The notes under the pieces were generated by a model. The model searched no databases, was not told where the DNA came from, and saw only the letters and a list, made by a program, of their open reading frames with translations. Both the position numbers and the translations under genes were made by a program. Shown here one piece after another: positions 31,690 through 40,814 of a DNA stretch of 64,000 bases (the first letter of the stretch is position 1; each line of letters opens with the position of its first letter). Source of the stretch: Candidatus Omnitrophota bacterium (GTDB taxonomy: Bacteria; Omnitrophota; Omnitrophia; Omnitrophales; Aquincolibacteriaceae); assembly GCA_003140935.1 (NCBI GenBank), contig PLLJ01000052.1, positions 12,642 to 76,641 of the forward strand. Reading direction: 5' to 3'.

Positions 31690-31890
31690 ATGGTACAAGG
31701 TAAAGTGAAGTGGTTCAATAACGAAAAAGGTTATGGATTCATCTCCCGTGAGGGTGGCGCTGATGTCTTCGTGCATCACACCGCCATTCAGGGCGAAGGA
31801 TACAAGTCTTTGGAAGAAGGCGCGTCGGTCGAATTTGAAGTGACCCAGGGCCCCAAGGGCGACCAAGCCTCCAACGTTGCAAAGATCTAA
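31690..31890 (+). CDS. cspA: cold-shock protein
   Basis: [15 protein letters not shown] (RNP1), DVFVH (RNP2) and GPKG. AAGGAG SD and TATAAT at 31659. Confidence 0.97.
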   Translation: MVQGKVKWFNNEKGYGFISREGGADVFVHHTAIQGEGYKSLEEGASVEFEVTQGPKGDQASNVAKI

Positions 31891-31910
31891 GACGCAACCG
31901 AAGTTCTAAA

Positions 31911-31943
31911 AAGGCCCGGTGACGAAAGTTGCCGGGCTTTTTT
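31911..31943 (+). terminator. rho-independent terminator of cspA
   Basis: AAGGCCCGGTGAC-GAAA-GTTGCCGGGCTTTTTT. Confidence 0.85.
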
Positions 31944-32124
31944 CCATCCAAGCGACAAAACGGACAGGTCTGTCTTTAGGGAGTATAATCGATCCTCGCC
32001 AACCTGAAGTGCCACAGCCGATAGGGTAAAGACCACTCTGTGAGAACAAAGGACTTTCGGTTTCATGATCCGAAGTCATCCGAAGCTATGATGCCATGAA
32101 CGAAATTATAAGGAGCATGATGCT

Positions 32125-32271
32125 ATGATCGACCCAAGACTTATCAAAATTCGCAAAGCATACAACATGGCTTGCGACAAATTCATGGTCGGGAAACTCG
32201 AGAGGAAAGATTGGATCAGGATTCAGGCAGAACTCACTAAGTCCGGAAACAAGATCAGAGGATTGCATTGA
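32125..32271 (+). CDS. small basic hypothetical protein (48 aa), below the ORF-track cut-off
   Basis: AAGGAG SD 9 nt before the ATG. Translates to MIDPRLIKIRKAYNMACDKFMVGKLERKDWIRIQAELTKSGNKIRGLH. Upstream TATAAT at 31984. Confidence 0.55.
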   Translation: MIDPRLIKIRKAYNMACDKFMVGKLERKDWIRIQAELTKSGNKIRGLH

Positions 32272-32454
32272 GGAATGAACAAAATCCCACCTATCTAATA
32301 CTTGCTGCGAGCCGGGCCGCTTAATTTATTGCCGACAAGTACGAGTTGCTGAAACACAAGCCGGAGGCGTTCATCGAGGTGCCGGGCGAAAAATTTTGTT
32401 GTAGCACGAAAGATCGGGAGTATAATCCGTTTATTGTTCTTTGAAGAAACCATG

Positions 32455-32618
32455 ATGACAGGCATTTGGGAAGAGAGACCTGCGGTATTTCGCGCAGGGG
32501 CTCCACGGTGCCGCCGCTGTCGGTAAGGACGAAAGCGAATGGCCACTGCCTCAGAGTTGGGGCGGGAAGGCTCGCGAGTAGGCTTGTACTTACCTAGTCA
32601 GAATATCAAACCTGTCAT
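32455..32618 (+). ncRNA. cobalamin (B12) riboswitch
   Basis: P1 ATGACAGG/CCTGTCAT, GGGAA, GCCGCTGT, GCCACTG, GGGAAGG and B12-box AGTCAGAA. Lies upstream of a btuB-cob operon. TATAAT at 32421. Confidence 0.9.
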
Positions 32619-32656
32619 TCTCAACCAATGCCTCCGAGCAGAGGTCAAGACAGGTC

Positions 32657-32694
32657 ACCCTTTCTTGCCCCTTTGAGGCGGAAAGGGTTTTTTT
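32657..32694 (+). terminator. riboswitch expression-platform terminator/SD-sequestering hairpin
   Basis: ACCCTTTC...GAAAGGGT plus a T-run ending immediately before the GTG at 32695. Confidence 0.75.
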
Positions 32695-34983
32695 GTGTCC
32701 ACGAATCAAAAGATCCGGGGCGAGCAACTCCGGAAGATCAGTTGTCTGTTCCTCGTAGTTTGTCTTCTGAACATCGGATGGAGTTGGCCGTTCTCTAAAA
32801 GCCGCGCAACGGACAACGCTCAAAGTACAACGAAAGAAGAACAATCTCAACCGATTGTGACGACAACGCCCACCGATTCCAAGGCGGAAGTGAAAGGCCC
32901 TCCCAGACAGGAAGCGGCCGAGGTAACCGTGATTGCCTCCCGACTTCCAAGCGCCAAAGAAAACATCAACGATATGGCGTCGAACATTACGTACAAAAGC
33001 AAGCAAGACCTTGCTGAAACGCAACCCGCGACGTTCCAGGAAGCGGTAAAGGACACGGAAAGCGCCGTCTTTTTTGATGAGGTCGGTAACGGCGTCGATT
33101 CTACATTTTCTCTTCGCGGGTTCAATGATCCAAGTGCTGTCATTTTTCTCGTGGATGGCGTGCGCGTGAACGACATCGATAACAATATCGCCAAACTGCC
33201 TTTGATCCCCATGCGGGACGTCGATTCGATCCAGATCGAACGCGGTTCGACCTCCTCGGTCTACGGGAGTGGGGCCTTTGGCGGGGTGGTCAATGTGACG
33301 ACGGGTCAGCCCAGCCCAAAACCCGTGAGCCTTTTTGGGGGACTGGAATGGACCAGTTTTCACGGGTTGCGGTTCAACCAGGGGATCAGCGGGACGCTGA
33401 AAGACAAACTGACTCCCCTCGGCGGCAAACTCAGTTACTACTTTAACGGCGAGCGCGATGACACAAACGGCTTCCGGAACCACGATGCCATGCGGCTCAC
33501 CTCGTTTGATATCAAGACGGCCTATGAACTGCCGGATAATCAAGGCCGGTTTTATTTCGGCCTGAAACACATCGTCGACGCGATCAATCTCCCGGGGGAA
33601 ATCACGCACCAGCAGTTCGATGACAGCGACCTCACGCGCTGTAACAAACCCAAAGACGGGTGGAAGTTTAACAATACCGTGCTCCAGCTCGGCGCGGACA
33701 AAAAATTTTGGGACGACCGGCTGACGGCCTCGGTCATGGCGAGCGAACGCTGGAATCACCGAAAAGCCATCACGACATATTCCACGTTCACGGACTTTGT
33801 TCACGGATTCGATCCTTATACCGATTCGATCGATGCCAACGGCCGTGACCGGGATTTGACGTGGCAGGTCAAGTACAACGATTCATGGTGGAAATTGGCG
33901 AATGAATCGCTGCTGGGGATGGAACTTAGAAGAAGCAACCAGGTGTCGCTTGAGCGCTATGCCCCAGGCGGCGAAATCCGCGAAGATCTCCCGGCCGAGG
34001 GAGACAAGAGCGCCTTATATAGTAACCTGGGGCTTTTTTGGCGTGAGACTGTGAAGATCTGCGATAAGGTCATTCCTTATTTCGGAATGCGGCATGATTT
34101 CCATTGGTTGAATACTAACGACATGCTGACTCCCACCAACAATATCAGCCAACGCTGGGATAAATCGACGCTCTCAACCGGGGTCACGGTGAAACCTTTC
34201 AAGTGGGTCGATCTTTTCGGGAATTATTCTCAAGGGTTCCGGGTGCCGACCCTCGATGAAACGATCCCTTACGCGGGCGCGAACCAGGTCAATTTGCAGC
34301 CGGAGAGTTCCAATAGCTATGAGGTCGGGACGCGGCTGCGGTACAAGGACTTTGCGGCTTACAAACTTAGTTATTTCCTGATCGATGTGGATGACGAGAT
34401 CCAGTGGGATAATTTGAAAAACCAGTATTTTAATATCGCTCAGACACGGCGGTATGGCCTTGAGCAGCGCGTGGATGTGACACCGATCCAGGAAGTGAAG
34501 CTCTACGGCAGTTATACCTGGACGACCGCTTATGTTAAAAGCAATGGAGGCACGAGCAGTCTTGCCGAGGGCCGCGCCTTGGGGCAGATCCCGGCCAACC
34601 GGTTCACGCTCGGAACCATGGTGCATCCGCTGAAGCGGCTCGGAGAACCTTATGACGGCTTGAGATTCGGGCTGAACGGAACGTTCACCGGCCAACAACA
34701 TCCTTCCAATTATGAAAGCTCCAGTCAGGCCGTTTTGAATTCCACCGGCAAAGCGGGACATTGGATCCCGGCTTATACTGTCTGGGATTTTATTGTTGCT
34801 TATGCCTGGCGGCAAAAAGAGATTTACTTTAAAGTTAATAATCTTTTGAATGAACAGTATTACTCGCGTGCGTTCAGCGGGACGTCTTTCGGCACCAGCA
34901 TTTATTCCGCAGGGAATTACACCTGGGTGAATCCCGGGGCTCCGCGCGAATTTTTGATCGGCTGCAAATGGGAGTTCTCATGA
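32695..34983 (+). CDS. btuB: TonB-dependent receptor, probable corrinoid transporter (BtuB-like)
   Basis: TonB box EVTVIAS, plug motifs (LRGF, LVDGV, IQIERGSTSSVYGSGAFGGVVN), QGFRVPT, NNLLNEQY and a C-terminal WEF. Under B12 riboswitch control. Confidence 0.85.
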   Translation: MSTNQKIRGEQLRKISCLFLVVCLLNIGWSWPFSKSRATDNAQSTTKEEQSQPIVTTTPTDSKAEVKGPPRQEAAEVTVIASRLPSAKENINDMASNITYKSKQDLAETQPATFQEAVKDTESAVFFDEVGNGVDSTFSLRGFNDPSAVIFLVDGVRVNDIDNNIAKLPLIPMRDVDSIQIERGSTSSVYGSGAFGGVVNVTTGQPSPKPVSLFGGLEWTSFHGLRFNQGISGTLKDKLTPLGGKLSYYFNGERDDTNGFRNHDAMRLTSFDIKTAYELPDNQGRFYFGLKHIVDAINLPGEITHQQFDDSDLTRCNKPKDGWKFNNTVLQLGADKKFWDDRLTASVMASERWNHRKAITTYSTFTDFVHGFDPYTDSIDANGRDRDLTWQVKYNDSWWKLANESLLGMELRRSNQVSLERYAPGGEIREDLPAEGDKSALYSNLGLFWRETVKICDKVIPYFGMRHDFHWLNTNDMLTPTNNISQRWDKSTLSTGVTVKPFKWVDLFGNYSQGFRVPTLDETIPYAGANQVNLQPESSNSYEVGTRLRYKDFAAYKLSYFLIDVDDEIQWDNLKNQYFNIAQTRRYGLEQRVDVTPIQEVKLYGSYTWTTAYVKSNGGTSSLAEGRALGQIPANRFTLGTMVHPLKRLGEPYDGLRFGLNGTFTGQQHPSNYESSSQAVLNSTGKAGHWIPAYTVWDFIVAYAWRQKEIYFKVNNLLNEQYYSRAFSGTSFGTSIYSAGNYTWVNPGAPREFLIGCKWEFS

Positions 34984-35405
34984 ATAAGCGAAAGGCGATT
35001 CTTCTTATAGCGGTCTTTGGCACGGGTCTGTTCTTCGGTGCTTTGCCTTTCCTCGGGCCGCTGATTCCGGGAAAATTTCCGGTCACGGTCAAGGTGGATT
35101 TCGGCATCGCGGGGAAACCGGCCATGACACAGACCCTGCAGGTGGACCGGAAGACCACGCCCAAAGAGGCCGTCTCTATGATGCTGCCGGTGATGTCGGG
35201 AAAGGTCTGTTCCAGCATGCACGATCTTTTGGAGATCAACGGTGTCCGTCCGGACGCGGCCAAGAACTTTTGGTGGATTCTCACAGTCAACGGTTCGCGG
35301 CATGTATCGCCCTACAGGACGCATCTGAAGCGTGGCGATCTTGTCGCATGGCGGTATCTTAAAGAGATCGAAGGAGAAAAATCCGGAAAGGAGAGGAAAC
35401 CATGA
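34980..35405 (+). CDS. membrane-anchored DUF4430/transcobalamin-C-terminal-like protein
   Basis: TM, then LLEINGV...FWWILTVNG...LKRGDLVAWRY, the pattern of beta-grasp B12-binding domains. Confidence 0.7.
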   Translation: MNKRKAILLIAVFGTGLFFGALPFLGPLIPGKFPVTVKVDFGIAGKPAMTQTLQVDRKTTPKEAVSMMLPVMSGKVCSSMHDLLEINGVRPDAAKNFWWILTVNGSRHVSPYRTHLKRGDLVAWRYLKEIEGEKSGKERKP

Positions 35406-35908
35406 AAAAAATTCTGGGGATCGTGACTCTCATCTTTTGCTTTAGCTCTTCGAGTCTTTATGCCCAGGAGATCGCGGGTCAGGGATGGACCACCTCTGAG
35501 TCGGGGCAACGCTCTTCGAGTATGGGCTCTCTGGTGGTGACAGGGGATGTTCGCGACTCTGCCGGCCCCTCTTTGAAGAATTTTGTTCCTGCACCCATTC
35601 CGAATGAAAAGGTGGAGGATCGAATGACGCCTTTTCCCGTTTTAATGCCGAAGGCCATTACTTATCCACGGAAAGCGATCCGCAAGGGATGGGAAGGGCA
35701 AACCGTGGTCGCTGCGGAGATCCTTCCGGGCGGAACCGTGGGACGAATGGCATTGGCAAAATCCTCCGGTCATGAGGTATTAGACCAAGCCGCCCAGGAG
35801 GCCATCAAGACCTGGAAATTTTCAGCGGAGTCCGGGAAGACTGAAGCTCTGCCGCAGTACGTGGATATTCCTGTCATGTTCAAACTTAATGACCATGGGG
35901 ATGAATAA
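35402..35908 (+). CDS. TonB C-terminal domain protein
   Basis: YPRKAIRKGWEG, SSGHEVLDQAA and TWKF. Confidence 0.85.
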   Translation: MKKILGIVTLIFCFSSSSLYAQEIAGQGWTTSESGQRSSSMGSLVVTGDVRDSAGPSLKNFVPAPIPNEKVEDRMTPFPVLMPKAITYPRKAIRKGWEGQTVVAAEILPGGTVGRMALAKSSGHEVLDQAAQEAIKTWKFSAESGKTEALPQYVDIPVMFKLNDHGDE

Positions 35909-37424
35909 GGTGAAAGCTAAAGCGGTGATGGTGCTGGGAACGGGATCGGGAGTCGGTAAGTCGGTGATCGCGGCCGGTTTTTGCCGGATCCTTTCGGATT
36001 GGGGGTATCGTGTGGCCCCGTTCAAGGCGCAGAACATGTCCAACAATTCGTATGTCACCGAAGAAGGCGGCGAAATGGGGCGCGCGCAAGTGGTTCAGGC
36101 GGAATGCGCGCGCGTCCGGCCGCATGTGGATATGAATCCGGTCTTGCTGAAACCCGCGGCGGATAATCATTCGCAAGTGGTCGTGCAAGGGCACGCCATC
36201 GGACATCTTTCGGCCGTGAATTATTATGCCCAGCGCGAAGTGATCGCCCGGGCGGTTCGCGAATCGTACGAACGGTTGGCCTCGGAATATGAAGTGATCG
36301 TTCTCGAGGGTGCGGGTAGCCCCGCCGAGGTGAATCTTAAAAAAAACGATCTTGTGAACATGCAGATGGCGGAATGGGCGGATGCTTCATGTGTGCTTGT
36401 GGGGGACATCGACAAGGGCGGGATCTTCGCGTCGCTTTTGGGCACATTGGATCTTCTGACCCTGGAGGAACGCGGCCGCATCCGGGGGTTGATCGTCAAT
36501 AAATTCCGCGGGGATCTGACGCTCTTCAAGGACGGAGTGGATTTCATCGAAAAGAAAAGCGGCAAAAAGATTTGGGGCGTTTTGCCTTATACCCACCATA
36601 TCAAACTCGATGAAGAGGATGCCTTGCCGGAGAAGAACGCTCATGCGCCGTCCGTTTCCGCGAACGATCTTGATATCGCGGTGATCTTGCTACCCCGGAT
36701 GTCGAATTTCACAGACTTCGAAGTCTTAAGGGCAGAACCCGGCATCCGGCTCCGCTACGTGGAGAGCGCCGCGAAGCTTGGGGTTCCGGACCTTGTCATA
36801 CTCCCCGGAACCAAAGCGACCATGGCGGATTGCCGTTACCTGATCGAATCGGGTTTCAGGGAGAAGCTCCGGGCGTATGTGGATCGCGGCGGGTCTGTCT
36901 TGGGGATCTGTGGCGGTTATCAAATGATGGGGGAAAAACTACTGGATCCGGAGCATGTGGAATCCGGAGCCCCGGAAATGGAGGGATTTGGTTTTTTAAA
37001 TATGACGACACGGTTTGGAGAGCAAAAGGTCCTGCGGCGCGTTTCCACTTATTTGGACGTGCAATGGCTGGGGCAGGCGATCCGTGGAAAAGTGGAAGCT
37101 TATGAAATCCATATGGGCAGCAGCATCCTTGACGGAGTGGACGAGGCCGGTGTCATGAGTCCTCTTTATTGTCACGAAAATTTGGCCGGGACGTATTATC
37201 ACGGTCTTTTTGAAAGCGCGGAATTCCGAGAGTCCTTTTTAAACGCCTTGGCCGCGCACGCCGGTAAACAAAGGAGCGTCGATCGGAATGCCGTATCGGC
37301 ATGGACAAGAAAAGAGGAGCATTACCGGCTTTGGGCGGATCATTTGGCCCGGAACCTGGATCTGGAGCTGCTTCGATCATGTCTGGACCTGTCCTTGTCT
37401 CCCGATTCATTTTCTAAACGGTGA
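35901..37424 (+). CDS. cobQ: cobyric acid synthase
   Basis: GTGSGVGKS, PFKAQNMSNNS, MNPVLLKP, EGAGSPAEVNL, SNFTDF, GICGGYQM and GTYYHGLFE. Confidence 0.96.
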   Translation: MNKVKAKAVMVLGTGSGVGKSVIAAGFCRILSDWGYRVAPFKAQNMSNNSYVTEEGGEMGRAQVVQAECARVRPHVDMNPVLLKPAADNHSQVVVQGHAIGHLSAVNYYAQREVIARAVRESYERLASEYEVIVLEGAGSPAEVNLKKNDLVNMQMAEWADASCVLVGDIDKGGIFASLLGTLDLLTLEERGRIRGLIVNKFRGDLTLFKDGVDFIEKKSGKKIWGVLPYTHHIKLDEEDALPEKNAHAPSVSANDLDIAVILLPRMSNFTDFEVLRAEPGIRLRYVESAAKLGVPDLVILPGTKATMADCRYLIESGFREKLRAYVDRGGSVLGICGGYQMMGEKLLDPEHVESGAPEMEGFGFLNMTTRFGEQKVLRRVSTYLDVQWLGQAIRGKVEAYEIHMGSSILDGVDEAGVMSPLYCHENLAGTYYHGLFESAEFRESFLNALAAHAGKQRSVDRNAVSAWTRKEEHYRLWADHLARNLDLELLRSCLDLSLSPDSFSKR

Positions 37425-37497
37425 CAAGGGCTGGCCCAATTAACCTTTAAATTTTTGAAAGAGAATTGGACCTACCCGAAAGGAAAGGGGTCTGCCT

Positions 37498-38172
37498 ATG
37501 AAGGTTTTTGTTTCGTGGAGTGGAGGCAAGGATTGCATGCTTGCCTGTTACCGGATCATGCGACAACCGGAAATAGAAGTCGCGTTCTTATTGAACATGC
37601 TGACGGAAACAGGAGAATGTTCGCTTTCGCATTGCCTTCCTGCAGATCTGCTTCAGGATCAGGCCAAAGCGCTGGGTATCCCCATCCTTCAGCGCAGCGC
37701 GTCCCGGAAAGAATATGAAGGGGAATTTAAAAAAGCGATCGTTTATCTGAAGCAGTTAGGCATCAAAGCGGGCGTTTTTGGGGATATTGATCTTCAGCCG
37801 CATCGCGATTGGATCGAACGGGTCTGCCGGGAGATGGAAATAACCCCCTTGTTTCCTCTCTGGGACGAAAAACGGGAAAGCATGCTCGAGGAATTCATCG
37901 CGGCGGGGTTTAAAAGCCGGATCGTTGTGACGGATGCGACAGTTCTTGGTGAAGAATGGCTTGGCTGTGAGATCGACAAGGATTTTATTAAAAAAATGAA
38001 GGCCCTGCCGCATATCGATGCCTGCGGTGAAAAAGGAGAATTTCATACATTCGTTTACGACGGGCCCGGATTCAAGAGCCCCGTCGCATTTCATGGGCAA
38101 GAGCATCGCCTGATCGAAAAGCATTGGGTTTTGAACCTTAGCGCTGGCATCGGACAAGAGGCTCAAAAATGA
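37498..38172 (+). CDS. Dph6/DUF71-like PP-loop ATP-dependent amide ligase
   Basis: SWSGGKDC, VFGDIDL, PLW and DACGEKGEFHTFVYDGP. Confidence 0.88.
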   Translation: MKVFVSWSGGKDCMLACYRIMRQPEIEVAFLLNMLTETGECSLSHCLPADLLQDQAKALGIPILQRSASRKEYEGEFKKAIVYLKQLGIKAGVFGDIDLQPHRDWIERVCREMEITPLFPLWDEKRESMLEEFIAAGFKSRIVVTDATVLGEEWLGCEIDKDFIKKMKALPHIDACGEKGEFHTFVYDGPGFKSPVAFHGQEHRLIEKHWVLNLSAGIGQEAQK

Positions 38173-39020
38173 AGCGCGGGTTCGGCCTGCTTGTATGTGT
38201 CTGGAGTTTGTTAATTTCAACTCCAGGATTTTCGGCAGAAGCTTTGCCGCAGCGCATCGTGTCGCTGAGCCCTGTGGCCACCGAAGAGCTTTTTCTTTTG
38301 GATCGCGGAGACCTTCTGGTGGGACGGACACGTTTTTGCACGAAACCGCCGGAAGCGCTTAAAAAAGAAGAGGTCGGGAATGTCCTTGAGGTCAGCGTGG
38401 AGAAGATCCTGGTGCTCCGTCCGGACCTGGTGCTTGTGGGCTCCATGACGGACCCGAAGGCCAAAGACAAATTGAAACAACTCGGCATTCGCGTGGAGGA
38501 ATTTCCGGCGGCGGACGACTTCAACGGTGTCTGCGAGTCTTTTTTAAGGCTCGGGCGCATGGTCGACAGAGGGAAAGAAGCGGAAGCGATGGTGAAGACC
38601 GCGCGGGGCAAGGTGGACGCATTGCGTTCCCGGATCCCGGAGAGGAGGCGGCCGACCGTTTTCCTGCAAGTAGGCGCGGATCCTTTGGTCACGATGACCG
38701 GGGGGTCGTTCCTGAATGATCTGATCGAATTCGCCGGCGGGGTCAATGTCGCACGCGACGCCAGAAGCCGGATCTATTCGCGAGAAAAGGTCCTTGCCGA
38801 TGATCCGGACATCATTATTGTCTCCGGGATGGGGTTCGTGGGCGAAAAAGAAAATGAAAAAGAAAAAAAAGTCTGGCAGGGATACCGCGACCTGAAGGCG
38901 GCCAAGAACCATACGGTCTACGTAGTGGAGTCCGACCTTTATTGCGCCCCCACGCCGCTTTCTTTCGTGAACGCACTTCAAAATATGATCCGGTTACTTC
39001 ATCCTCATGATCCAGCCTAG
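38169..39020 (+). CDS. btuF: cobalamin ABC transporter periplasmic binding protein
   Basis: Signal peptide, QRIVSLSP..TEEL, EKILVLRPDLV and AGGVN. Confidence 0.85.
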   Translation: MKRGFGLLVCVWSLLISTPGFSAEALPQRIVSLSPVATEELFLLDRGDLLVGRTRFCTKPPEALKKEEVGNVLEVSVEKILVLRPDLVLVGSMTDPKAKDKLKQLGIRVEEFPAADDFNGVCESFLRLGRMVDRGKEAEAMVKTARGKVDALRSRIPERRRPTVFLQVGADPLVTMTGGSFLNDLIEFAGGVNVARDARSRIYSREKVLADDPDIIIVSGMGFVGEKENEKEKKVWQGYRDLKAAKNHTVYVVESDLYCAPTPLSFVNALQNMIRLLHPHDPA

Positions 39021-40017
39021 GGCGAAACAATGGCTTTTTTGGTTGTGGCTTCTGGGGGCACTTGCGCTCCTGGCAGCGGTCGGTGCTCTTTTGATCGGTC
39101 CTTCGGGGATCCCGCTGGGAAAGATTTTCCAGGTGCTTTGGAACCGGCAAGGAGGGATCGAGCACAGCATTGTCTGGAATATCCGTTTACCGAGGCTACT
39201 CCTGGGCTTTGCCATCGGCGGGGCCCTCAGCCTGGCGGGCGTCATCCTGCAAGGCATGTTCCGTAATCCTCTTGTGGAGCCCTACACGCTCGGGATCTCG
39301 GGCGGCGCGGCGGTCGGTGTTTCATTAAGCATTCTGCTCGGCTTGAGCCGTTTAAGTATTTTTAGCATGCCGCTCGCCGGATTTTTAGGGGCCTGCGCCA
39401 TGATCCTCTTGCTTTACCGTTTGAACGCGAAAAAAAAGGTCCTTTCGCTCCAAGGATTGCTTTTGACGGGGGTCATGATCAATTTCATCGCGTCTTCCCT
39501 GATCATGTTGTTTCTGGCTTTGTCCCGCAGTGAAGACCTGCAAGGGATCATCTTCTGGATCATGGGCTCGCTCGATGAACCAAACGGGCTTTTAATCAAA
39601 ATCGCGTTAGTCGCATCGCTCCTTTTTCTTTTCATCACTTATTTTTTCCACTCTGACCTGAACGCTCTTGCGTTGGGGGAAGAGGAAGCCTTGCATCTCG
39701 GGGTGCCCGTGGAAAGAACCAAAGGCCTGCTTTTTGTGATCACATCCCTTTTGATTGGTGTGAGCGTGGCGGTGGCGGGCATGATCGGATTCGTGGGGCT
39801 TGTGGTGCCGCATTTCATGAGAAGGATCGTGGGGCATGACCACCGGATCTTGCTGGTGGCGTCCTTTCTTGCGGGAGGAATCTTTTTGGTCTTTTGTGAT
39901 ACGATCGCGAGGACGGTGATCGCCCCGTTGGAACTTCCGGTCGGAGTGATCACCGGGATTCTAGGAGGTTCCCTTTTTGTCTGGGTGCTGACGCGCAAAG
40001 GCGGAGGGACGGTCTGA
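39007..40017 (+). CDS. btuC: cobalamin/iron ABC permease (FecCD family)
   Basis: IRLPR, FRNPLVEPYTLGISGGA, IGFVGLVVPH and ELPVG. Confidence 0.88.
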   Translation: MIQPRAKQWLFWLWLLGALALLAAVGALLIGPSGIPLGKIFQVLWNRQGGIEHSIVWNIRLPRLLLGFAIGGALSLAGVILQGMFRNPLVEPYTLGISGGAAVGVSLSILLGLSRLSIFSMPLAGFLGACAMILLLYRLNAKKKVLSLQGLLLTGVMINFIASSLIMLFLALSRSEDLQGIIFWIMGSLDEPNGLLIKIALVASLLFLFITYFFHSDLNALALGEEEALHLGVPVERTKGLLFVITSLLIGVSVAVAGMIGFVGLVVPHFMRRIVGHDHRILLVASFLAGGIFLVFCDTIARTVIAPLELPVGVITGILGGSLFVWVLTRKGGGTV

Positions 40018-40814
40018 TGTTCTCCGTGAAAGGGGTGGTTTGCGGCTATGGCCCGAAAGTCGTGCTGGACGGGATCGATCTTTCAGTGGCGCAGGGGGAA
40101 TTCCTTGGCGTGATCGGTCCGAACGGCTCCGGCAAAACGACGCTTTTGCGCGCCCTGACGCGCGTCCTAGCTCCCCGGCAGGGGGAGATCCTTTTGAATG
40201 GGGAAAATATTTGGCGCGTTCCTTTAAAGAATTTTGCCCGGCGCGTGGCGGTGGTGTCTCAAACCGTTCCTGCCGTCCCCATGACGGTGGAAGAGTTCGT
40301 TCTCCTTGGAAGGATCCCGCACTACCGCGACCTTCAATTCCTTGAAACGGGAAGGGACGCCGAAGTGGCCGAACGTTCGATGCGCATGACCGGTGTCAAA
40401 GAGCTCCGCGGACGGTGGATGGACCAACTCAGCGGGGGTGAAAGACAATTGGTGGCGATCGCAAGGGCCCTGGCCCAGGAACCCGAATGGCTTTTTCTGG
40501 ATGAACCGACCGCGCATTTGGATATCGCGCATCAGGTCAGGATCCTGGACCTTCTTTTGGAATTGAATCAAAGCTCCAACCTGACGCTCATCATGGTCCT
40601 GCACGATCTGAATTTGGCGGGGGAATATTGCCGGAGGCTTTTACTGATGCAGAAAGGCCGGATCCACAAAAAAGGTAGCGCGGAAGAGGTCTTGGACCGT
40701 GGGATCATCGAAGAGGTCTACGGAACGCCGGTGGCCGTAGGGAAGAATCCTCTTTCGGCACGTCCCTTCGTGCTTCCGGTTCCCGCCGGAAAACAAACCG
40801 AAAGGAAAAAATAA
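40017..40814 (+). CDS. btuD: cobalamin/iron ABC ATP-binding subunit
   Basis: GPNGSGKT, LSGGERQ, LDEPTAHLD and HDLNLA. Confidence 0.88.
   Translation: MFSVKGVVCGYGPKVVLDGIDLSVAQGEFLGVIGPNGSGKTTLLRALTRVLAPRQGEILLNGENIWRVPLKNFARRVAVVSQTVPAVPMTVEEFVLLGRIPHYRDLQFLETGRDAEVAERSMRMTGVKELRGRWMDQLSGGERQLVAIARALAQEPEWLFLDEPTAHLDIAHQVRILDLLLELNQSSNLTLIMVLHDLNLAGEYCRRLLLMQKGRIHKKGSAEEVLDRGIIEEVYGTPVAVGKNPLSARPFVLPVPAGKQTERKK

Noticed and set aside
31506-31703. 65-aa ORF overlapping the cspA start
   Set aside because: It runs through a terminator hairpin and the cspA promoter, and its composition is not protein-like.
31995-32110. Known riboswitch or ribozyme (c-di-GMP-I/II, glutamine, SAM, TPP, hammerhead)
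   Set aside because: The consensus cores were not found by eye. Kept only as an unknown structured leader.
32590-33804. 404-aa minus-strand ORF
   Set aside because: Antisense shadow of the TonB-dependent receptor.
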